DNA of 64,000 nucleotides from Terriglobia bacterium (lineage in GTDB: Bacteria; Acidobacteriota; Polarisedimenticolia; Polarisedimenticolales; JAIQFR01): assembly GCA_963748015.1 (NCBI GenBank), contig CAVVHE010000006.1, positions 204,828-268,827 of the forward strand. The letters run 5' to 3'. This document shows, one piece after another, positions 29,826-38,485 of this stretch. The translations under genes and the position numbers were made by a program. The notes under the pieces are model-generated. The model searched no databases, was not told where the DNA came from, and saw only the letters and a list, made by a program, of their open reading frames with translations. The first letter of the stretch is position 1. Each line of letters starts with the position of its first letter.

Positions 29826-32800
29826 TTACGGGTTCGCCGGGGCGGAGTCCCGGGTCACGAGGGAGTAGAGAACGGGCAGCACGACGAGGGTCAGCAGGGT
29901 CGAGGTCACGATCCCGCCCATGACCACGACGGCCAGCGGCCGCTGGATGTCGGCGCCCGACCCTGTCGCGAGGAGCAGGGGCACCTGCCCCGTGAAGCTC
30001 ACGAGGGCGGTCATGACCAGGGGCCGGAACCGCAGCTCGCACCCCTCGCGCACCGTTTCTGCGACCGTGCGCCCGCGCTCGCGGAGCTGGCGGAAGAAGG
30101 CGACGAGCACCACGCCGTTCTGCACCGCGATGCCCAGCAGCACGATGAACGCGACGGCGGCGGACACCGACAGGTGCATGCGGAACGCCACCGCCGCGAT
30201 GACCCCGCCGACGAGGGCGAACGGCAGGTTCAGCGCGACGAGGAGCGAGTTCTTCGCCGAGCCGAGCGCCGAGTACAGCAGGATGAAGACGAGCAGCAGC
30301 ACGACCGGGACGACGACGGCGAGCTGCCGCATCGCGCGTTGCTGGTTCTCGAACTGGCCGCCGTACTCGACCCAGTAGCCCGGCGGCAGCCCGGCCACGA
30401 GCGGGCGAAGCCGGTCCTGCACGTCGGACACGAAACCGCCGAGGTCGCGGCCGCGGACGTTCGTCTCGACGACGACGCGCCGCATGCCTTTCTCCCGGCT
30501 GATCTGCGCCGGCCCCTCGAGCGGAACGATCGCCGCGAGCTGGCCGAGCGGGACGCGCTCGCCGCTGGGGGCGGGGATGAGGAGGCCCTCGAGCGCAGGG
30601 ACGTCGCTCCGCGCGCGCTCCGGGAAACGAACGACCACCGAGAACCGCTGCTGTCCCTCGACGAAGCGGGTCACCGCGCGGCCTGCGATCCCGGCCTCGA
30701 TCACCTCGTTGAGATCCCCGGCGTTGATCCCGTAGCGCGACATCGCGTCCCTATTGGGAACGACGTCGAGCTGGGTCATGCCGGACACCTGCTCGACCTT
30801 CACGTCCGCCGCGCCGGCCACGCCGCCGAGGGAAACCGCGGCGCGGTCCGCGAACTGCTTCAGGACGGCGAGGTCCGGGCCGAACACCTTCACCGCCAGA
30901 TCGCTCTTGACGCCGGAGATCAGCTCGTTCACCCGGAGGGCGATCGGCTGGGAGAAGGAGAGCCGCAGCCCCGGGATCGAGGAAAGATCGCGGTTGAGCG
31001 CCTCGATCAGCTCCGCCTTGCTCCTGCCCGTGCCCCACTCGCGCCTGGGCTTGAGCATGATGAAGACGTCGCTCTGCTCGGGGCCCATCGGGTCCTCGGA
31101 GATCTCGGCGCGGCCGGTCTTGGTGACGACCGTCGCGACCTCCGGGAATCGCCCGATTCTCGATTCGATCAGCCCCGCCGTGATCACGGACCCGTCGAGG
31201 GACGCGTTGGGCAGGCGGACCACGTTGATCGCGACCGAGCCCTCGTCGAGCGTGGGGAGGAACTCGGTCCCCAGCAGCGGTATCAGGCCGAGAGCCGCGA
31301 GGAAGAACAGGCCCGCGGTCGCGAGGGTGGCACGGGGGCGCCGCAACGCCGCCCCTAGCAGGCGGAGATAGCCCTGGCGTAGCCGCCGCGCCGGCAGGAA
31401 CTCCTTCTCCTCGCGCTGGGCCAGGATCGCGTCGCAGAGCGCCGGCACCACCGTCAGCGCCACGAGGATCGAGGTCAGCAGCGCGAAGAGCAGCGTCAGG
31501 GCCAGCGGCCGGAACATCTTCCCCTCCGTTCCCTGGAGGGTCAGGAGCGGCACCAGCACGAGCGCGATCACCAGGATCGAGAACGTCACCGGTCGCGCGA
31601 CCTCGGCCAGCGCCTCGATGACCGTCTCCCGCCGCGCGCCGGGTTCCCGTTGGTGCGCGAGGTGGCGTCGGACGTTCTCGACGACCACGATCGACGCGTC
31701 CACGACCATGCCGACCGAGAACGCGAGCCCGCCGAGGCTCATGAGGTTCGCCGACAGTCCGGCGGCCCCCATGACGATGAAGGTGAAGAGGAACGTGACC
31801 GGCAGCGACAGCACGACGATCATGGCCGCGCGGAACTCGGCGAGGAACAGGAACAGGATCAGGATCACGAGCACGCTGCCCTCGAGGAGCGCGTGCGTGA
31901 CGGTCTCGATGCAGGCCTCGATCAGATCGGTCCGGTCGTAGAAGACGTCGAGCCTGAGCCCCTTCGGCAGGGAGGGCGCGAGCCGCGCGACCGCTTCCTT
32001 GACCCGCTCCACGACGGTCTTCGAGTTCTCGCCCCGCAGCATGATGACCATGCCGGCGACGGTCTCGCCCCCGGCGTCGCGGGTCACGGCGCCCTGCCGG
32101 ACCTCCGGCCCGACGACGACGTCGGCGATGTCGCGAAGGAACAGCGGGGTGCCGTCCTTCGCCCCGAGGACGATCCGCTCGATGTCCTCGGGCTTCTCGA
32201 AGAGCCCTTTCCCGCGGATGTAGGTCTGCTCCCAGCCCTTGACGATGTAGCCGCCCCCCGCGTTCGCGTTGTTGCGCTCGACGGCCTCGAGGACGTCGCG
32301 CAGGGAGAGGCCGAACTTGAGCAGTCGAGCCGGGTCCGCCAGGACCTGGTACTGCTTGACGAAGCCGCCGAAGCTGTTGACCTCCGTGACGCCCTTGACG
32401 GTCCGGAGCTGGGGCGCCAGGACCCAGTCCTGGATCGTGCGCTTCTCCATCGGGGAGAGCTCGGAGCCCTCCAGCGTGTACTGGAAGATCTCGCCCAGCC
32501 CCGTGCTGAGGGGGGCGAGCTCCGGCTCGATCCCGGCCGGCAGGTCCTCGCGGGCGCCCGCGAGGCGCTCGAAGACGACCTGTCGCGCGAAGTACGGGTC
32601 CGTGCCGTCCTCGAACACGACCACGACCTGAGAAAGTCCGGCCTTCGACATCGAACGGACCTGCAGGATGGCGGGAAGGCCGCCCATCTGCTGCTCGATC
32701 GGATAGGTCACCTGCTGCTCGACGTCCTCGGAGGAGAGGCCGGCGGCCTTGGTGAGCACCATCACCTGGATGTTCGTGACGTCGGGGAACGCGTCGATGG

Positions 32801-32900
32801 GGAGCCGGAGCCACGCGACGATGCCGCCGGCCACGACGAGTCCCGCGAGGAGCAGGGCGGCCCATCGCTGGGAGAGCAGGGCGCTCGCGAATCTGCGCAC
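29826..32900 (-). CDS. czcA: CusA/CzcA family heavy-metal efflux RND permease
   Basis: LPIDAFPDVTN, ANLMSLGG, GMVVDASIVVVEN, EGKMFRP, RFRPLVMT; GTG start with GGAGG RBS. Confidence 0.93.
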   Translation of the reverse strand: MRRFASALLSQRWAALLLAGLVVAGGIVAWLRLPIDAFPDVTNIQVMVLTKAAGLSSEDVEQQVTYPIEQQMGGLPAILQVRSMSKAGLSQVVVVFEDGTDPYFARQVVFERLAGAREDLPAGIEPELAPLSTGLGEIFQYTLEGSELSPMEKRTIQDWVLAPQLRTVKGVTEVNSFGGFVKQYQVLADPARLLKFGLSLRDVLEAVERNNANAGGGYIVKGWEQTYIRGKGLFEKPEDIERIVLGAKDGTPLFLRDIADVVVGPEVRQGAVTRDAGGETVAGMVIMLRGENSKTVVERVKEAVARLAPSLPKGLRLDVFYDRTDLIEACIETVTHALLEGSVLVILILFLFLAEFRAAMIVVLSLPVTFLFTFIVMGAAGLSANLMSLGGLAFSVGMVVDASIVVVENVRRHLAHQREPGARRETVIEALAEVARPVTFSILVIALVLVPLLTLQGTEGKMFRPLALTLLFALLTSILVALTVVPALCDAILAQREEKEFLPARRLRQGYLRLLGAALRRPRATLATAGLFFLAALGLIPLLGTEFLPTLDEGSVAINVVRLPNASLDGSVITAGLIESRIGRFPEVATVVTKTGRAEISEDPMGPEQSDVFIMLKPRREWGTGRSKAELIEALNRDLSSIPGLRLSFSQPIALRVNELISGVKSDLAVKVFGPDLAVLKQFADRAAVSLGGVAGAADVKVEQVSGMTQLDVVPNRDAMSRYGINAGDLNEVIEAGIAGRAVTRFVEGQQRFSVVVRFPERARSDVPALEGLLIPAPSGERVPLGQLAAIVPLEGPAQISREKGMRRVVVETNVRGRDLGGFVSDVQDRLRPLVAGLPPGYWVEYGGQFENQQRAMRQLAVVVPVVLLLVFILLYSALGSAKNSLLVALNLPFALVGGVIAAVAFRMHLSVSAAVAFIVLLGIAVQNGVVLVAFFRQLRERGRTVAETVREGCELRFRPLVMTALVSFTGQVPLLLATGSGADIQRPLAVVVMGGIVTSTLLTLVVLPVLYSLVTRDSAPANP

Positions 32901-32917
32901 GGTCGTCCTCCCCCGGC

Positions 32918-34267
32918 TCAGTCCGCGCATCCCGCGCCCATCTTGGAGCGCAGGACGTCCGACTTGAAGAGGAACGCGCCGCGGGCCACGACGGTCTCGC
33001 CGCCGCGCAGCCCCTGGGTGATCTCCACCCAGCCGTTCCAGGAGCGGCCCGACGCGACCGGCCTGCGGACGAAGTACTCGGGATCGTGCCGGACGAAGAC
33101 GAACGATCGTCCTTCGTCCTCGACGACGGCCTCGGTGGGAACCGCGAGCACCGTCTTACCCGTGTCGAGCAGGAGCCGCACCTGCACGAACATGCCGCGC
33201 CTCAGGACGCCGCCGGGGTTGTCCACGACCACGCGCGCTTTCGCGGCGCGCGTCGCCTCGTCGAGGGTCCCGCCGACCACATCCACGCGTCCCTCGAGGA
33301 CCCTGTTCGCGAACGCGGGGAGGATCACCTCCGCGGGGACCTTACCCCGCGCCTGCTGTTCCACGATCGCCGCCAGCTCGCGCTCGTAGACATTCGTCAT
33401 GACCCACATCCGGGACGTGTCCGCGAGGAGGAAGTTCCTCTGGCCGGGTTCCACCAGCGCGCCGAGGTTCAGCGAGCGCTCCAGCACGGTACCGGCGAAC
33501 GGGGCCCGGACGGGCATGAGCCCGCCCTCTCCTCCCGCGAGCCCCCGCGCGATCGCGTCCACTTCGTCGCCCGCGAGCCCCAGCCTCGCGAGCCGCTCGC
33601 GGGACGCGCCGTCGGCGGCGGCGGCCTGTTCCAGGGTGGCTCGCGCCTCCAGGACGTCCTTCTCGGGGCAGATCTTTCGCTCGAAGAGGTCTTCCTCCCG
33701 CCGCGCCGTGGCGCGAGCGAGCTTGAGCGCGGCCGACGACTGGATCAGCTCGGCGCGCGCCTCGCTCAGCTCGGCGCTCTCGATCTCGAAGAGGACCTGT
33801 CCCTGGCGCACCTTCTGGCCGACGTCCACGAGGATCGCCCGCACGACTCCCGGGGCGCGGGGCCCGATGAAGACCGACCTGCCCTCGTCCAGCTCCACCT
33901 CGCCGTTCAACAGCTCTCCCACCGGCATCGGTCTCACGCCCACGCTCGCCGTTTCGAACCCGTGCCCTTCCTTTCCGGCCAGCAGTTCCGGGGAGACCTT
34001 GACCACGCCGAGCTGGTAGCGGCACTCCGCGCAGGTGTAGTGGGGAATTCCGTGCTCGCACTGCGTCGCCTTCGAGAAGATCTGCTCCAGGGGGCGATCG
34101 AGATCCGAGGCGGGCGCCTTTCCCGCACCCGGGCTCTCGCCCGGCGGCGCAGCCTCCGCGCTGGGCGCGGGCGAGGCCGCGGGCCGCGAGCCGCAGCCGG
34201 CCAACGAGAGGGCCGCGCACGCGGCGAGAACCGGAAGGATCGGGCCAAGGGCCAAGCGCCTCTTCAT
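32918..34267 (-). CDS. czcB: RND efflux periplasmic adaptor lipoprotein with extra Cys/His motifs
   Basis: Lipobox LAGC; membrane fusion protein motifs (VRAPFAGTV, LRRGMFV); CEHGIPHYTCAEC; C-terminal GAGCAD. Confidence 0.88.
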   Translation of the reverse strand: MKRRLALGPILPVLAACAALSLAGCGSRPAASPAPSAEAAPPGESPGAGKAPASDLDRPLEQIFSKATQCEHGIPHYTCAECRYQLGVVKVSPELLAGKEGHGFETASVGVRPMPVGELLNGEVELDEGRSVFIGPRAPGVVRAILVDVGQKVRQGQVLFEIESAELSEARAELIQSSAALKLARATARREEDLFERKICPEKDVLEARATLEQAAAADGASRERLARLGLAGDEVDAIARGLAGGEGGLMPVRAPFAGTVLERSLNLGALVEPGQRNFLLADTSRMWVMTNVYERELAAIVEQQARGKVPAEVILPAFANRVLEGRVDVVGGTLDEATRAAKARVVVDNPGGVLRRGMFVQVRLLLDTGKTVLAVPTEAVVEDEGRSFVFVRHDPEYFVRRPVASGRSWNGWVEITQGLRGGETVVARGAFLFKSDVLRSKMGAGCAD

Positions 34268-35568
34268 CGCGTCCCTCCCTGCGCCACGGTTACCGGCGTG
34301 CCGGTCCAGCGCTCGACCTCGGCCTCCGCGAGGTTGAACTCGAGGAGGGCGTCGTTGAAGCGGAGCTCCGCCGCCGCGAGGGATCGCCGGGCGTCGAGGA
34401 GATCGAGAAGGCGGAACTTCCCCCGGCGATACCCCTCCTCGGTTCCTTCGAGCACTTGGCGCGCCTTGGGCAACACCGCGTCGCGGAGCGCTGTGGCCTC
34501 CTGCGCGGTCGCCGTCAGGCGCTCGTGGGCGGCCGCGAGCGCGGTGACGATTCGCGTCTCCGCCGCGGCGCGCTCGTACCGGCCCTGGTCGAGGCGGCTC
34601 GAGGCCTCGGCGATGGCTCCCGCGTTGCGGTCGAAGACGGGGAGCGGGATCTTCACGCCCGCCACGTACGAGTGATCGCCGTACGCGCGGTACTGCTGCA
34701 CCCCCGCGCTCAGGGTGAGATCGGGGATCCTCCTCTTCTTCTCGGACTCGAGTGCCGCCTCGAGGCGAGAAACGTCCGCCTCGCCGCGGGCGATGTCGGG
34801 GAGGGAGGCCAAGCGCCGGTCCAGGTCGCCCCGGGAGGGCAGCGTGGCCGGCATGTCGAGCTCTCCGGCGGCGTCGCCGAAATCGGGCACCCGCCGGCCC
34901 CACATCTCGGCCAGCTTCTGCCGGGCGATCGCAAGGCCCGACGCGGCCGCACGGAGGTCGATCCGCGCGAGGGATGCGTCGGACTCGACCTTCAGCTCCT
35001 CGATCGGGGAAACCTCTCCGGCGGCCACGAGCTCGTGGACCGTTCGCTGCACGGTTTCCGCGGTGCGGAGCGCCCCTTCCAGGATCTTGCTTCGCTCCTG
35101 GAGGCCGAGGACGCCGACGAAGCGGCGCTTCACCTCGGCGAGGACGTCGCGCCGCCGGACCTCGGCGTCCCCCTGCGACACAGTCCGCGCGAGCTCGCGC
35201 TCCCGGGAGCGCGCCCCGCGTTTTCCCCCGATTTCGAGGACCTGCTCGAACGCGTAAAGTGTCTCGGCCTCCGCCTGCTCGGGGATCTGTCCGCCCAGAC
35301 CGGCGGCGTCGATCGAGAACTCCGGATTCGGGAGAGCCCGGGCTTGCCGCCAGGCCCCGTCGGCCGCGCGCACGGCGGCGGCCGCGGCGGCAAGATCGGG
35401 GTTCGATCGCATGGCCCGATCCTGCGCTTCCGCGAGGGTGATCGGCGTGCGCGTCCCGGGCGTGGTAGGCGTCGCGTCTGCCACCGGCGCCGTGCCGATG
35501 GGATCCACGCCGAACGCTGGAAGCGCGCTCAGGGCAAGTGCCAGGGCGAGCATCGTGGTCCTGTCCAT
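34264..35568 (-). CDS. czcC: TolC/CzcC family outer membrane factor
   Basis: Signal peptide; ALPNPEF, LEIGGKR, IPLPVFDRN, YRRGK..LLDLLDA. Confidence 0.9.
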   Translation of the reverse strand: MDRTTMLALALALSALPAFGVDPIGTAPVADATPTTPGTRTPITLAEAQDRAMRSNPDLAAAAAAVRAADGAWRQARALPNPEFSIDAAGLGGQIPEQAEAETLYAFEQVLEIGGKRGARSRERELARTVSQGDAEVRRRDVLAEVKRRFVGVLGLQERSKILEGALRTAETVQRTVHELVAAGEVSPIEELKVESDASLARIDLRAAASGLAIARQKLAEMWGRRVPDFGDAAGELDMPATLPSRGDLDRRLASLPDIARGEADVSRLEAALESEKKRRIPDLTLSAGVQQYRAYGDHSYVAGVKIPLPVFDRNAGAIAEASSRLDQGRYERAAAETRIVTALAAAHERLTATAQEATALRDAVLPKARQVLEGTEEGYRRGKFRLLDLLDARRSLAAAELRFNDALLEFNLAEAEVERWTGTPVTVAQGGTR

Positions 35569-35649
35569 GTCGTCCGTCCGTTCGCAAGAAGTGGAGGAAA
35601 GGGGCCCGGGCGAATCACTCCCGGGACGCCGGCGGCCGAACGGCGGAAA

Positions 35650-36087
35650 TCAGATCAGGAGGACGGTCGAGCGGGTGGTGACCGATAGAGGCCGCGGTGG
35701 GCCCGGAGCATCCTGCGCGCGCTCGAATCCTGCCGGCTCGGTCATCCCGCTCGTGTCGCCGATCCGAACGGCGGAGACGAGAGAGTGCGGATGCGGTGGG
35801 GCCGAGGGCTCGGGAGCGCACGCGAGCAGGAAGGTGTCCACGCACGCGTCGGAGCACCGTCCGTCCGGGGTCTCCGTCGTCACGGGGGCCGCTGCGGGGG
35901 CGAGGCCGGGAGAAGATGGATGCTCCTGATCCGCGGGGTCGCAGCAATTCGAGAAGATCCACTCGGTCGCGGAGTGCTCGACGCCCTCGCAGACGATCAT
36001 CAACGGCGCGCAGAGCGTCAGGATCGACAGGCCGGCCACGAGGGTAGTGCGCGAGAAGCGCCGCGGGCGTCGGATGCAGGAACTCAT
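35650..36087 (-). CDS. Small Cys/His-rich protein upstream of czcC (CzcI-like position)
   Basis: Hydrophobic N-terminus, VCEGVEH, CC, CSDAC, C-terminal RSTVLLI; sits at the head of the efflux operon. Confidence 0.55.
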   Translation of the reverse strand: MSSCIRRPRRFSRTTLVAGLSILTLCAPLMIVCEGVEHSATEWIFSNCCDPADQEHPSSPGLAPAAAPVTTETPDGRCSDACVDTFLLACAPEPSAPPHPHSLVSAVRIGDTSGMTEPAGFERAQDAPGPPRPLSVTTRSTVLLI

Positions 36088-36159
36088 CGGGTAGACAAGT
36101 ACCACCAGAGGGCATTCGCGGCAACCGAAAACCGCCTGTTCGGCGGTAAACTCGCGGCG

Positions 36160-37254
36160 ATGGGGATCAACCTCGGATTCGCGCGGCGGGCAAGACCCGT
36201 TGCGCAGGCGCTCCTCGCCGCCGCTCTCTTCGGGGCCGGCGTACCCTTCGTTAAGCTGCTCGTCGCCGAGATCGACCCGGTGCCGATGGCCGCGCTCCTG
36301 TACCTCGGGAGTGGGGCCGGAGGAGCCGTCGTGCTCCTGGGTCGGCGCCTCGGAGCGGGGACCGACGCGCACGCGAGCCACGCGCCACTCGCGCGGAGCG
36401 ACCTACCGTGGTTGGGCGGCGCGGTCTTGTCGGGCGGCGTCGCTGCGCCGATCGTCTTGCTGGCCGGGCTGCGGTCCACGCCATCCGCAACCGCTTCCCT
36501 GCTACTGAACTTCGAGACCGTCGCGACCGTGCTCCTCGCCGCGCTGCTGTTTCGCGAGGCGGTGGGCCGCCGCGTCTGGGCGGCGGCCGCGCTCGTCGTT
36601 GCCGCAGGCGTGTTCCTGTCTTGGAAGCCGGAGGATACCTGGGGTGTTTCCGCCGGTGCGCTCGGCATCATGGCCGCTTGCGCCCTGTGGGGACTCGACA
36701 ACAACCTAACCCGAAAGGTGTCGGCGAAGGACCCGATGGCGATCGTCGCCATCAAGGGGCTCGCGGCCGGGTTATTCTCGCTCGTTCTCGCTCTCTCGTT
36801 GGGGGTGCCCATCCCGACCGGCCCTCTCGCGGGGGAGGTCATGCTGCTCGGGTTCGCGAGCTACGGGCTCAGCATCGCGCTGTTCGTCGGGGCGCTCCGC
36901 GATCTTGGCGCCGCGCGGACCGGCGCTCTGTTCGGAACCGCGCCGTTCTTCGGCGCCGCGATTTCGTTCGTGGTCGCTCCGGGCCTTCCCGGAACGGCGT
37001 TCCTGGTGTCGGCGGCGCTGATGGCGGCCGGCGCGGTTCTGCTCTTCGGGGAAGCGCACGAGCACGAGCACCATCATCACGCGTTGGCCCACGATCATCG
37101 CCACGCTCACGACGACGGCCACCACGACCACGAGCACGCACCGGGGGAGGTGAGTCCCGGCGGGTACCACGCCCACGCCCACCGGCACGAGGCGACGAGC
37201 CACGCGCACCCGCACGCACCGGACCTGCATCACGGGCACGATCACCCCGACTAG
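36160..37254 (+). CDS. DMT/EamA transporter with His-rich C-terminal tail
   Basis: About 10 TM helices; [25 protein letters not shown]...HHGHDH tail. Confidence 0.9.
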   Translation: MGINLGFARRARPVAQALLAAALFGAGVPFVKLLVAEIDPVPMAALLYLGSGAGGAVVLLGRRLGAGTDAHASHAPLARSDLPWLGGAVLSGGVAAPIVLLAGLRSTPSATASLLLNFETVATVLLAALLFREAVGRRVWAAAALVVAAGVFLSWKPEDTWGVSAGALGIMAACALWGLDNNLTRKVSAKDPMAIVAIKGLAAGLFSLVLALSLGVPIPTGPLAGEVMLLGFASYGLSIALFVGALRDLGAARTGALFGTAPFFGAAISFVVAPGLPGTAFLVSAALMAAGAVLLFGEAHEHEHHHHALAHDHRHAHDDGHHDHEHAPGEVSPGGYHAHAHRHEATSHAHPHAPDLHHGHDHPD

Positions 37255-37660
37255 CGTGCCGTCCCGTCCGCCGGAGCCGCGGGCCCGTCGGGGCCAGCCG
37301 CTCCTCGTCTCGGAACCAGAAGAGAGGCGGCGATCGAGATCGACAAGATCGCGCCCACCACGCCGAGAGAGACCCCCACCGGGATCTTCAGCACGTTCGA
37401 GACCGTCATCTTCACGCCGACGAAGACCAGCACGCCCGCCAGGCCGACCTTCAGGTATCGGAACCGGTCCATCACGCCGGAGAGCAGAAAGTACATGGCG
37501 CGCAGCCCGAGGATCGCGAAGACGTTCGACCTGTAGACGATGAAGGGGTCCTTGGTCGCGGCGAACACCGCCGGGATCGAGTCCACCGCGAACACGAGGT
37601 TCGTGGCCTCGACCGCGACGAGGACGGCCAGGAGCGGCGTCGCGTATCGGCGGCCGCTGT
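37251..37660 (-). pseudogene. TerC/Alx family 3' remnant
   Basis: [25 protein letters not shown]...[14 protein letters not shown]...LKVGL..GVKM is the C-terminal part of TerC; no N-terminal half or proper start. Confidence 0.75.
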
Positions 37661-37668
37661 TCCCCTGT

Positions 37669-38442
37669 TCAGAAGCGGTAGGAGGCCGAGACCAGGGCGT
37701 AGTGCAGCCAGGCGAAGCTGTACACCTCGTCGTTGTCGGCGCCGCCCTCGAGCGTCCGGTAGCCCGCGCCGACGCTCCAACCGCTCCCGAAGTCCCGGAC
37801 CATCTTCAGCGCGAGGTCGAACGCGCGCCCCTGCGGCGCCGCGAGCCCGTCGAAATCGAGGACGAATCGCCAGTGCGCGCCGACGAATCCCTCGCCGGAA
37901 GCGTAGAACAGCGGGACGACGCCGACGTTGCTCTTCTCGGCAGAGATGTCCGCCTGCCGGAGCGAGATGGCGGCATCGCGGATCTTGAGCGTCCCGCCGA
38001 TCCACCATCGCCACCGCTCGCCGTCGTGAACGCGATAGCGGTAGCTCGCGCGATAGGAGTCGAACCGGTACCGCGCCTCGGTCGGCACGCCCGCCTCGAA
38101 CGCGCTGCCGGCGAAATCCACGGGGTTGGGGAGAGTTCCCATGCCGTCGAAGGAAAGCGGCGCGATCACGAATCGCAGCCCGTGGCGGCCCGGCAGGTTC
38201 CAGGCGGCGTTCACTCTCGCGAAAGCGAAGGGGCCGCTTCCGGTGACGTCGTCGAGCGCGAAACGGGTCCCCGTGTCGCCGGGGACGGCGACGTCGTTCC
38301 GCGTTTGCCACACGCCCCCGGTCTCGAGCTCGATCTCGGCCTTTGCCGGAGGAGGGGGCGCGGCCGCCGTCATCGTCGCGCCCGTCGTCAGCATGGGAAT
38401 GATCGCGAAGGCGACCAGCCACGAAGTCGTCTTGGCATTCAC
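37669..38442 (-). CDS. Outer membrane beta-barrel protein of unknown function
   Basis: Signal peptide, amphipathic beta strands, C-terminal ASYRF BamA signal. Confidence 0.8.
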   Translation of the reverse strand: MNAKTTSWLVAFAIIPMLTTGATMTAAAPPPPAKAEIELETGGVWQTRNDVAVPGDTGTRFALDDVTGSGPFAFARVNAAWNLPGRHGLRFVIAPLSFDGMGTLPNPVDFAGSAFEAGVPTEARYRFDSYRASYRYRVHDGERWRWWIGGTLKIRDAAISLRQADISAEKSNVGVVPLFYASGEGFVGAHWRFVLDFDGLAAPQGRAFDLALKMVRDFGSGWSVGAGYRTLEGGADNDEVYSFAWLHYALVSASYRF

Positions 38443-38485
38443 GGTCCGTTCTCCAGTCGTAGCCTATTGGGAGGAAGCCTGGCTC

